57,201 bases of DNA, from positions 1 through 57,201 of the forward strand of contig JAADGM010000110.1 of NCBI GenBank assembly GCA_013152375.1. Reading direction: 5' to 3'. A model generated the notes under the pieces. The model ran no database searches. It was not told the DNA's origin and saw nothing but the letters and a program-made list of their open reading frames with translations. The position numbers and the translations under genes are program-made. Source of the stretch: FCB group bacterium. Lineage in GTDB: Bacteria; Fidelibacterota; Marinisomatia; SCGC-AAA003-L08; JACNLC01. Position 1 is the stretch's first letter; each line of letters starts with the position of its first letter. Of the stretch, positions 17,585 to 26,233 are shown in pieces.

Positions 17585-20500
17585 TCATTTTACAGGGATG
17601 AGAATATTCAAACTCGTACCCTGTCCGGGAGTACTTTCAATTGTGATACTTCCGTCAAATTCCTGCACAATGCTGTGAACGACAGAGAGTCCCAGTCCCG
17701 TGCCGTCTCCAACCTTTTTACCGGTGAAGAAGGGTTCAAGGCAGCGTTCCTTTTCTTCGCTGGTCATGCCTGTCCCGTTATCCCTCACTGTAAAAACGAC
17801 TGCTTTGGCCTTGCGGTCGAGTGATGAGATCAGATCGATATATTTACGATAGTCAAGACCCTTTTGCTCTGCTTTTTTATTGACCGCATATTGTGCGTTT
17901 GACAGCAGATTAACCACAATTTGCTCAAATCGGCGGGAATCCAAAAATACTTTTGGCAGGCCGGCCTGAAATTTCTTCCGCAGTTCAATTTCCTGATCCC
18001 TGAACTTCTCAACAAAAAACTGGCAGGCTTTTTCTACAGGTTCAGAGACATCGATTTCTTCAATTTCCTGATTGGAACCGCTGGCAAAACCCCGCATGTT
18101 ATCTATGATCTTCGATGCTCTTTCGGTCTGTACGATGATCTCATTGATGTCTCTTTCAAGCTGCGAGGGATCATCGAACCCATAGGTTGCCATGAGTTTT
18201 AACACATCGGCCTGCGCCCTGATGATGGCCAGGGGCTGGTTCAATTCGTGCGCAATTCCCGTTCCCATTTCGCCAAGATAATTTAATTTCCCATGCTGCA
18301 TCAGATCGGCCTGCTTCTCTTTCTCTGCCGATTCTTTGTGTTTCATTGAGGAAATGTCCAGCAGATAACTGTAGAATACTTTCCTCACTGCACCACGGTT
18401 TGCCGGATGTGCTTTTGTGAATTCATAGACCCAGATTGGCTTTGCTTTTTTCTGAACAACCCGGTATTCCAACTCCCACTGTCGGGCTTCGGTGTTCAGT
18501 TTATCATGGATAAATTCTCTGACACGCTCGCTGTCTTCTTCGAAGATCTGATCCCAATAATCGGTTGAACCCTTCACCAGCTCGGAACTGTCGAGTCCGA
18601 TTTGCTGAATATTTTGTGATACGTAGGCCGGACGTGCAGGTTCGTCGCTGACTTTTTCCCAACGGATCACCATGATAGGGCCGCGTACAAAAAGATCCCT
18701 TTCCTGTTTCAACTGCTCACAGGTTTTTGACAGGTCGCTGGTTTTCTCGCTGACCAACTGATCCATCTTTTCACTGAAAACTCTAAGTTTTTCTTCTATT
18801 GTTTTACGGTCCGTGATGTCATTGACGACTGCATGAAGAAAATATTTACCGGAGAGCTCAATCCTGCTGAGTGTGATCTCACCGACAAAAGGAGTTCCGT
18901 CCTTCTGCAGAAAATGCCACTCAAATATCTGAGGACTGCCACCGTAGGCATATTCAATCTTTTGGAGCAGTTTTTCCTTTGATTCCTGATTATCCGGTTG
19001 GGAGGGTGGTGAAAAATCAAAAGGCGCTTTCCCCAGCAGTTGATCCTTCCCGGCACCGAAGAGTTCCAGTGCGGCAGGATTGCAGTCAATGAATTGATTC
19101 CCCTCCATCAGGAATATGGCGTTCGGCGATGAGTCCACCAGGGAGCGGTACTTCTTATCACTGTCGATAAGGGCGTTTTCAAACGCCTGGTTAACGGACG
19201 TATCGGTAATGAGCGCCAGACTGCCCGCAAGCTTACCCGCTTTGGAAGTGATGGGGATTGCCGTCACTTCTGTTGTAATATGGCTGCCATCTTTACGTAC
19301 CCATTCTAAATCATATTGGTTTGGAGAGTCCTTTTTGGAATTGATAAACTGACCGGCCGGGAGTTTCGTAGCATCTTTAACGAAATCACTTAGGGGCCGT
19401 CCGAGAAGATCAGCGGATTTATAACCCAGAAGCTTTCCTAAATGCTCGTTAGCAAAAGTTATGCTGCCCTCGATATCCAACCGGCAGATACCATCTTTAA
19501 CTGTCTGCGCCAGATCATCAAATAAACGGACGAGCTGTTTTAATCCGGCTTTCGCTTCTGCGAGAGCCCGGTTATCTTTTATCACACCGTAGGCATGGGA
19601 CTCCCCGTCTTTTTTAACGAGGGACGCATTGATCACAACCGGGATTTCAGTACCGTCCTTGTGGATCAGGCAGGTTTCGAAAGGTTCTATTTTTTTATGG
19701 AGAAACAGATCCGTGATCAGTTTCAGGTTCGATTTACGTTTTGTCCGCGACACAAGATTCATGAGGGGCGTATTGATCAGGCTGTCAGGTTCATACCCTG
19801 TTAAGCGGGTAAAAGCCGGACTTAGATAAATGAGCTTCCCGGTTCTTGTCATTTCGAAAATAATATCATTGGAAGCATCCGTCAGGAATCTGATCTTGCG
19901 GTTCAGTTCAGAAATTCGTTCGTGAAATTGTTTTTTCTCTGCCAGATCACTGATGATACAGACCGTACCGAGATATTTCCCGGAACTGTCAATAATTCTT
20001 TTGAAAGTATTGACAGCTTCGAAGGTCTCTCCATTTTGCGTGACGAATTCGAATGTATATTCCTGGTCTTTTCCTTCTGCCCCAAAGACACAGCTTTTGA
20101 AAATCGAGAGTACTTCTTTTCTGCTGCCTTTGGACCAGAATGGGTAAGGTGGTTCAAGCCCGAGGAGGTCCGGCTCAGTGAACCCTGTGAGTTTTTCAAA
20201 GGTCCTGCTGACTATTCGAATCCTGCCAATTGGATCCACGACAAAAACACCGTCAGCCACACCGTCCATCGTTGCGCTGCGAATACTGCATTCCCAATCG
20301 AGCTGAGCCTTCATTTTACGAATATCAGTAATATCTTTTATGCGCAGTACGATGCTTTTAACACCGCTGGCTGCTTCAATGTGGGGGTAAATCGACAAGC
20401 GATAGTCGGTCTCCATTATGGACTTGTCACGTTCTACAGGCTTACCCGTCTCTATGACGGATTTGATCAATTTCCTCACTACCGAAGCCAATTCTTTCGG

Positions 20501-22255
20501 CAGCCCTTCATAAACTGAAACACCCTTAATATCCTGCGGCGTTTTCCCCGCCAGGTTGACTGCATAGTCGTTGGCCATGAGTACTGCAGCATTACTGTCG
20601 AGCAGGTATTGCTGCTCTGCAAGAGTCGAATCCAGGATGGCCTGGGCTTGCTGGATCAACTCACTTTGAGTATTTCGGGCCTGAAGGATGTCGGTTCTGT
20701 CTCTGACAGCAATAATGAACTGATCTTTGCCATAAGCAGAAATTCTTACACTCAGCGCTATTGGGGTCTCATTCTGAGTGGGCTCAAGTTCAAAGGTTTG
20801 GACGGCTCCCGAATCACCTGCCTTCTGTAAATATTCGGCAAAGACCTGTTGAGATTTTTTAAAGATGGGCAGTTTGTACAGACTTTTCCCCGTTGCGGTT
20901 TTGCCTTTTTCAGCAAGCAGAATACTGCCATTCGTATAGAGCTCGGTAATAATGCCTTCGCTGCTGACTGCAAAGATCGTTTCGCCGGTAACTGACACCA
21001 GCGCTGAGTGCCGGACTTCGAGATTGCGAAGTTTTCTTTCACTTGAAATATCCGATCCGAATAATCTGAAAAGAGATGCTGATGTGTGTTCTTCCGGAAT
21101 TGTCATCACTTTTACTGCAAGGTCAACAAATTCACCATCTTTCCCTTTGACGGCCAATTCCAGGTCCACGTCTCCGGCACCCTCCTTGAGCATCCCCAAT
21201 TCAGCCGTTAATATTTTTTTATCCGCTGAGGCCAGTAATTTCTTAAAATCCTGCCCAATAATTTCATTTCCGGTAAACCCCAAAATTCCTTCAACAGCCT
21301 GATTGGAAGTGGTCACCTGAAATTTTTTGTCGATTTCAAAAATCCAGGTTGACACCGAATCTTCAATATTCTCCTGTCGGATGATTAATTGTTTTCTCTC
21401 CAGCTGATGTTTGTCGGATATTTCTTCCAGTTCCCGGTGAAGGCCCAACAATTCTCTTTGTATCTTTTCTTTTTCGGTAATATCCGTGGCGATCCCCTCA
21501 ACGAGAATGACCTTCCCGTCGGCATCTTTTTTAGGTACTTCAGTCAGGGTCAGTTTGCGCGGTTCGCCGGATTTATGTAAGAATTCAAGTTCAAATTCGT
21601 TTGAAATTCCGCTCAGGCTTTTTGTCTGTTGGGTGCTGAAATGGTCATTGATTGGATTTTTGCTAAGATATTCCCGATGGTGAAGAGTAAACTCATCCGG
21701 AGTGTAACCAAGGATTGATTTGATCGAGCCGCTGACATTTTTGATAAGCTTATCTTTTTCGTATTCGTAGAAGAAATGTCTGTTTTCCAGGATCATGTTT
21801 ACGCGCCGGTAGCTTTCTTTCATCGCCTGAAGGTCTGCTTCCTTCTTTTTCACCTCGAACTGGGCCAGGGTTACCTGGTTTTGATAGTCCGTCATCGTGG
21901 TTGCGAAGTGAACCATCGTCAGCAATTCTTCCGGTTTATGATCTTTATTCAGAAAAGACCTGGCTCCGAGATTATAGCAAAACCTTACATTCTCGTCATT
22001 TTCAAAGTCAGTCAGGATGATCACTGAAAAAGACGATCCGGGTTTAATTTCGACCCGGCGAAGAAATTCCAGACCGTTCATCACCGAAACAGCTATATCC
22101 AATATTACAACTGCCGGACGGTGATCTCTGAAAACATCCAGACCGGCCTTTCCGTTTGAAGCATGCAGGACTTCATAGCCTGCCTTTTTCAAATGAGCAG
22201 ATACCCGATCCCGATATTCATCGGATTCGTTGATGATCAGAATTTTATTTTCCAC
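17585..22255 (-). CDS. Multi-PAS sensor histidine kinase with N-terminal receiver domain (1556 aa)
   Basis: REC domain ('VVILDIAVSVMNGLEF'), about 8 PAS/PAC-like repeats, H-box 'GIAHELNQPL', and HATPase_c ('RDNGTGM', 'GTGLGLSVV'). Confidence 0.9.
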   Translation of the reverse strand: MENKILIINESDEYRDRVSAHLKKAGYEVLHASNGKAGLDVFRDHRPAVVILDIAVSVMNGLEFLRRVEIKPGSSFSVIILTDFENDENVRFCYNLGARSFLNKDHKPEELLTMVHFATTMTDYQNQVTLAQFEVKKKEADLQAMKESYRRVNMILENRHFFYEYEKDKLIKNVSGSIKSILGYTPDEFTLHHREYLSKNPINDHFSTQQTKSLSGISNEFELEFLHKSGEPRKLTLTEVPKKDADGKVILVEGIATDITEKEKIQRELLGLHRELEEISDKHQLERKQLIIRQENIEDSVSTWIFEIDKKFQVTTSNQAVEGILGFTGNEIIGQDFKKLLASADKKILTAELGMLKEGAGDVDLELAVKGKDGEFVDLAVKVMTIPEEHTSASLFRLFGSDISSERKLRNLEVRHSALVSVTGETIFAVSSEGIITELYTNGSILLAEKGKTATGKSLYKLPIFKKSQQVFAEYLQKAGDSGAVQTFELEPTQNETPIALSVRISAYGKDQFIIAVRDRTDILQARNTQSELIQQAQAILDSTLAEQQYLLDSNAAVLMANDYAVNLAGKTPQDIKGVSVYEGLPKELASVVRKLIKSVIETGKPVERDKSIMETDYRLSIYPHIEAASGVKSIVLRIKDITDIRKMKAQLDWECSIRSATMDGVADGVFVVDPIGRIRIVSRTFEKLTGFTEPDLLGLEPPYPFWSKGSRKEVLSIFKSCVFGAEGKDQEYTFEFVTQNGETFEAVNTFKRIIDSSGKYLGTVCIISDLAEKKQFHERISELNRKIRFLTDASNDIIFEMTRTGKLIYLSPAFTRLTGYEPDSLINTPLMNLVSRTKRKSNLKLITDLFLHKKIEPFETCLIHKDGTEIPVVINASLVKKDGESHAYGVIKDNRALAEAKAGLKQLVRLFDDLAQTVKDGICRLDIEGSITFANEHLGKLLGYKSADLLGRPLSDFVKDATKLPAGQFINSKKDSPNQYDLEWVRKDGSHITTEVTAIPITSKAGKLAGSLALITDTSVNQAFENALIDSDKKYRSLVDSSPNAIFLMEGNQFIDCNPAALELFGAGKDQLLGKAPFDFSPPSQPDNQESKEKLLQKIEYAYGGSPQIFEWHFLQKDGTPFVGEITLSRIELSGKYFLHAVVNDITDRKTIEEKLRVFSEKMDQLVSEKTSDLSKTCEQLKQERDLFVRGPIMVIRWEKVSDEPARPAYVSQNIQQIGLDSSELVKGSTDYWDQIFEEDSERVREFIHDKLNTEARQWELEYRVVQKKAKPIWVYEFTKAHPANRGAVRKVFYSYLLDISSMKHKESAEKEKQADLMQHGKLNYLGEMGTGIAHELNQPLAIIRAQADVLKLMATYGFDDPSQLERDINEIIVQTERASKIIDNMRGFASGSNQEIEEIDVSEPVEKACQFFVEKFRDQEIELRKKFQAGLPKVFLDSRRFEQIVVNLLSNAQYAVNKKAEQKGLDYRKYIDLISSLDRKAKAVVFTVRDNGTGMTSEEKERCLEPFFTGKKVGDGTGLGLSVVHSIVQEFDGSITIESTPGQGTSLNILIPVK

Positions 22256-22443
22256 TGTGTCTTCTTTTGCTTTTTTCAGAAATCAAGTTAACAGATTTGC
22301 CAAAGGCGCCCTGGAATAAACCCTCAAATATACAAAAAACCCGACACCTGAGGCCCAGCCCATAATTATAGCAAGAATCATGCAATATCATGCTTCAAAT
22401 TCCTCCGGGTTCAGGCGGCTGTGAATTTCCGAATTGTCGAAGA

Positions 22444-23538
22444 TCATCTGATATATTCCCTCACAACCCTTTTTGAGACACCTGTAAGAAATTCATAGGG
22501 CAGCTTACCGTATTGCCGGGCATAGTATTCAACGCGGTTATATTCTTTCTCAGCTCCCCATATCGTCACCATTTCTCCTTCTTCAACGGAACTGCCGTTG
22601 CAATTAACAGAGGTCATGTCCATCGAAACACGGCCCGTTACCCTCAGGGTCGAAGATTTATGATGCAGCGCTGCAGAGTTCGAAAATTCCAACGGAACCC
22701 CGTCAGCATATCCGGCCTGGATCACACCGTATTTTCCGTTTTCGGGAACTGTGAAGGTCCTGCCATATCCGATCGTATCGCCCTCCACCATTTCTCTGAT
22801 CAGAACTAAAGGCGCTTTAAACTGCATGACAGGCCGTAGATTCGGGTCAACCTCCCGGAAAGGAGAAACGCCAAAAAGAGCGACTCCGGGCCTGACCATA
22901 TTGAAATGCGCCGCTGGTTTATCGAGCAGTGCCGCACTGTTGGCGATGTGAAAATAAGAAACTGTCGGGATTGTTTTCTTCGCAAGGGCAACGAGCGCTT
23001 TGAATTTGTCCAGTTGCTGCTCTCTGAAGCCTGAAGTCCGGTCTTCAGCCGTGGCAAAATGTGACCAAATCCCTTCTAATATGATATTCGGTATTTGCTT
23101 CAGCTTCCTCAATACTTCCTCCGCCGCAGAATATGGCACACCCATGCGCCCCATGCCCGTATCGACTTTCAGATGTACTTTGAGCCGAACTGCAGGCTGA
23201 AGGCGCTTTCTGATAAGTTCCAGGTCATCGAAACTATTGACCGTGCATCGCACCTGATCAAATTTACACGCAGCCAGGATCTGTGCATTCAGTCTTCCCA
23301 GATGCAGAATGGGTTTTTTAATCCCATGAGCAATCAGGTCCATGACTTCAGTGAACAATGCAACTGAGAAACCGAATATCTCAGTTTTATCCAGCGCCTT
23401 TGCTACCTCGGCAAGCCCGTGACCGTAAGCATCCGCTTTTACGACTGCCAATATTTTGGCCTCCCCTGCCAGAGACTGCAGATACCGGTAATTATGTTCC
23501 AGATTTCTCAGATTGATCTCGGCAACCGGAAAATACAT
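22444..23538 (-). CDS. alr: Alanine racemase
   Basis: PLP-lysine motif 'AVVKADAYGHG', 'VDTGMGRMG', and C-terminal 'GRVSMDM'. Confidence 0.9.
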   Translation of the reverse strand: MYFPVAEINLRNLEHNYRYLQSLAGEAKILAVVKADAYGHGLAEVAKALDKTEIFGFSVALFTEVMDLIAHGIKKPILHLGRLNAQILAACKFDQVRCTVNSFDDLELIRKRLQPAVRLKVHLKVDTGMGRMGVPYSAAEEVLRKLKQIPNIILEGIWSHFATAEDRTSGFREQQLDKFKALVALAKKTIPTVSYFHIANSAALLDKPAAHFNMVRPGVALFGVSPFREVDPNLRPVMQFKAPLVLIREMVEGDTIGYGRTFTVPENGKYGVIQAGYADGVPLEFSNSAALHHKSSTLRVTGRVSMDMTSVNCNGSSVEEGEMVTIWGAEKEYNRVEYYARQYGKLPYEFLTGVSKRVVREYIR

Positions 23539-24515
23539 TATATCTGCCCAACAATTTTTTCAAGAGGAATTTCCACATCAATCAACCTGGCTGTCAGAAT
23601 GGCGGCACCGTAAGCGGGGGAAATCTTTGAGAACAGCCAGTTGATTTTTTTAAAATCAAATGAGAGCGCATCATTCAGGGTCTTCCGAAAGAGTTCGTTC
23701 CTGCACAGACTGCCGTTGCCTCCGAGGACAATATTTTTTTCTTTGTATTCCACTTTCTGAACCAACTCAATTATGTACTCAGCAACTTCCTGTGTGGCTT
23801 CCTGGAGCAAAGCCAGTGCCATCTCATTGCCGGTTTCAGCAAGTTTGCAAATGGATTTGGCCAGACCGGCAACTTTTGGGACCGGATCATCAGCCGACGC
23901 ATATTTTTCCAATGCAAGGGAGATATCGGTTTCTCCAATGTTTTCCAGCACGGCTTGTTTGAGCGCAACAAAATCTGTATAGGAATACACGTGAGTTTCA
24001 CCCAGTGCAATGCTGACAAGCAGTTTTCGGCCCATCCAGTAGCCGCTGCCTTTATCTCCCTGGTGGTGCCCGGCCCCGGCCGTCCGATGGATTTTTCCAT
24101 CCGGGGTCCGGGCCATGCAGATCACACCCGTACCCACCGATACCAGAAAACCGGGTACCATTGGGCAGGTTACTTCGTAGGCAGCCTCACAGTCACTGGT
24201 GATCAATGTACTCCGGGTCAGGTTTTCTTTTTCAATCCTTCTGAAAACCAGATCTCTGCCGATGGTATCACTTGAGCCCGCCAATCCCAAACCGATTGCA
24301 TCAAGATCATAAGGCGATATACCGGCCTGTCTGCAGAGACTGTGAACCATATTGAGCACCCGATCCGGACTTTCTTCCCGGTGCAGGCTGAGACTCATCC
24401 CGTCGGCCTGATCCCGGGCCAATGTCTTTCCGGTATCATCAATTAAAATACCGGTACTATTCGTCGCACCGCCATCGATACCAAGAATATAATAGCCTTC
24501 ACCGGTTTCCATCAT
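23538..24515 (-). CDS. BadF/BadG/BcrA/BcrD-type ATPase, GlcNAc/MurNAc kinase-like
   Basis: ASKHA N-terminal 'LGIDGGATNS', 'VGTGVI' and 'LGGNGS'. Its stop overlaps the alr start and its start overlaps the ABC-2 permease stop. Confidence 0.7.
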   Translation of the reverse strand: MMETGEGYYILGIDGGATNSTGILIDDTGKTLARDQADGMSLSLHREESPDRVLNMVHSLCRQAGISPYDLDAIGLGLAGSSDTIGRDLVFRRIEKENLTRSTLITSDCEAAYEVTCPMVPGFLVSVGTGVICMARTPDGKIHRTAGAGHHQGDKGSGYWMGRKLLVSIALGETHVYSYTDFVALKQAVLENIGETDISLALEKYASADDPVPKVAGLAKSICKLAETGNEMALALLQEATQEVAEYIIELVQKVEYKEKNIVLGGNGSLCRNELFRKTLNDALSFDFKKINWLFSKISPAYGAAILTARLIDVEIPLEKIVGQI

Positions 24516-25267
24516 TTTTTCCTGAAAAGAGTGCTGGAAAGTGCTCCGTTGATCAAAAACGTGATTAGACCGATAATGAGAGTTGTGATACCGGCACCGG
24601 GAGAGCCTTCGTGGTGAAGCATGATGCTGTGAGCCCGTGTTATGCAGTCAATAATGGGGATGCTTTTCAATGTAGCGGCATAAGAGTCCGGGAAATTTTC
24701 CAGGGGAATGAACCCACCGCTTCCTAAAGCAAAGAATAAAAACAGAATCATGGTTATGATGACCTGAAACTCGCTGCTTTTCAGCCAGGAGCCGAGGGTG
24801 TTGCCGGCCACAGCCGAAAAAAAGATTACGGGAATAATCTGCAGAGACAGCAGGATCATTTTATCCAGCACAATTATCTCATTGGTAATCGTACTGATCA
24901 TGATGATTGCTGCAAAATACTGCACAAGTCCGAGAATAAAAGCCCAGAGGACAAGCCCTGACTGCACCTTCCAGATGGAAACCGGAGATTTGAGATACAG
25001 ATCCAGCATATTATTTTCAAATCTGATTTTTCTGATCTCGGTATAGCCTGCTGTGAAAGCAGAATAAGAAGCCGTTATCAGCCAAATCCCGGGAGTCACC
25101 CAATACAGGTAATTCAGTTGGTTGACGCTCGGAATTAGACGATAAAGGGGCATCGCCAGCAGAAGAAACAAAAAGACAGGTAATAATACGAGACTGAAAC
25201 TGTTAATGATCAGCGAATTTTTATAAGCTATGAGTTCTCGCTTAATGACAATAAAAACGTACTTCAA
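24512..25267 (-). CDS. ABC-2 type transporter permease
   Basis: Six hydrophobic helices. 4-nt overlaps with the ATPase gene upstream and the kinase gene downstream. Confidence 0.7.
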   Translation of the reverse strand: MKYVFIVIKRELIAYKNSLIINSFSLVLLPVFLFLLLAMPLYRLIPSVNQLNYLYWVTPGIWLITASYSAFTAGYTEIRKIRFENNMLDLYLKSPVSIWKVQSGLVLWAFILGLVQYFAAIIMISTITNEIIVLDKMILLSLQIIPVIFFSAVAGNTLGSWLKSSEFQVIITMILFLFFALGSGGFIPLENFPDSYAATLKSIPIIDCITRAHSIMLHHEGSPGAGITTLIIGLITFLINGALSSTLFRKK

Positions 25268-26190
25268 TCTAATCCTCCACCGGTGAGCCCTTTATACAGA
25301 TCCTGTAAACGGCAAAGTGATGTATCGATGTTATCCACTTCCTGTTTCAGAGCAATTCTCAGCACATTGAAAAATTGTCTTCTTTCCCGGGAGTAAAATT
25401 CAAGGTTGTTACCGCTGATCACCGGACGCACAACTTTGGGATATTGTTCCAGCTCGGTCAGAATTTCAGATGAGGGTATTTTCACAAATGTGATGATGTA
25501 GTGAGTAAGTCCTTTCGTGGTTTCGATCAGATCATCCAACTTGCCGATCATTTTGAAATTCCCATCGTGAAGGATGGCAATCCGTACCGAATACCGCTCG
25601 GCTTCCGAAAAATTCTGAGTAGTGAACAATATCGTCTTTTTTCCCTGCAACTGATCGAGGGTGTGCCAGATTTTTGCCCTGCTCTGCAGATCAAGCCCCG
25701 TCGTTGGTTCATCCAGCAGAATGACTTCGGGGTCATGGATCAGCGCTCGGGCAAAGCAGACTCTACGCTGATGACCGAAAGAAAGAACGGGCGGACAATC
25801 GTTGAGATGCTGTGAGAAGCTTAACACCTCTGACCAGTGTCGGGCCTGCTCCCGGGCATCTTTTCCGCTCATGCCGTGTAACTGACCAGCCAGGATCAGA
25901 TTTTCCAGTACGGTCATTTCATCATCCAAATCTGATTTTTGAGACATATACCCGGTAATTGAACGGGTTTCGAAAGGCCTCGAGGTGATCTCTTTACCGT
26001 GAATATAGGCCTTCCCCGCATCGCGTGTCAGACGACCGGCTAAGATTTTCAATAAGGTCGATTTACCAGCACCATTCTCCCCAACGATGACAAAAGTAGT
26101 GCCCCGTTCAACACCAAATGAGAGATCGGCCAGGATCACTTTATTACGGTATTTTTTTGCAATTGATTTCAGGGTAATTGAAGCTTCCAT
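25264..26190 (-). CDS. ABC transporter ATP-binding protein
   Basis: Walker A 'GENGAGKST', a degenerate signature-region segment 'LSFGHQRR', and Walker B 'ILLDEPTTGLD'. Confidence 0.9.
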   Translation of the reverse strand: MEASITLKSIAKKYRNKVILADLSFGVERGTTFVIVGENGAGKSTLLKILAGRLTRDAGKAYIHGKEITSRPFETRSITGYMSQKSDLDDEMTVLENLILAGQLHGMSGKDAREQARHWSEVLSFSQHLNDCPPVLSFGHQRRVCFARALIHDPEVILLDEPTTGLDLQSRAKIWHTLDQLQGKKTILFTTQNFSEAERYSVRIAILHDGNFKMIGKLDDLIETTKGLTHYIITFVKIPSSEILTELEQYPKVVRPVISGNNLEFYSRERRQFFNVLRIALKQEVDNIDTSLCRLQDLYKGLTGGGLD

Positions 26191-26233
26191 AACAGTATCC
26201 CAATCAATATTGTTTCATCATTCAAACAGCAGC

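Noticed and set aside
19922-20518. 198-aa ORF antisense to the multi-PAS kinase, plus 51457-52086 and 49760-50302 antisense to the RND pump and 31382-31966 antisense to the hybrid kinase
   Set aside because: All are embedded in long, motif-supported genes and have no features of their own.
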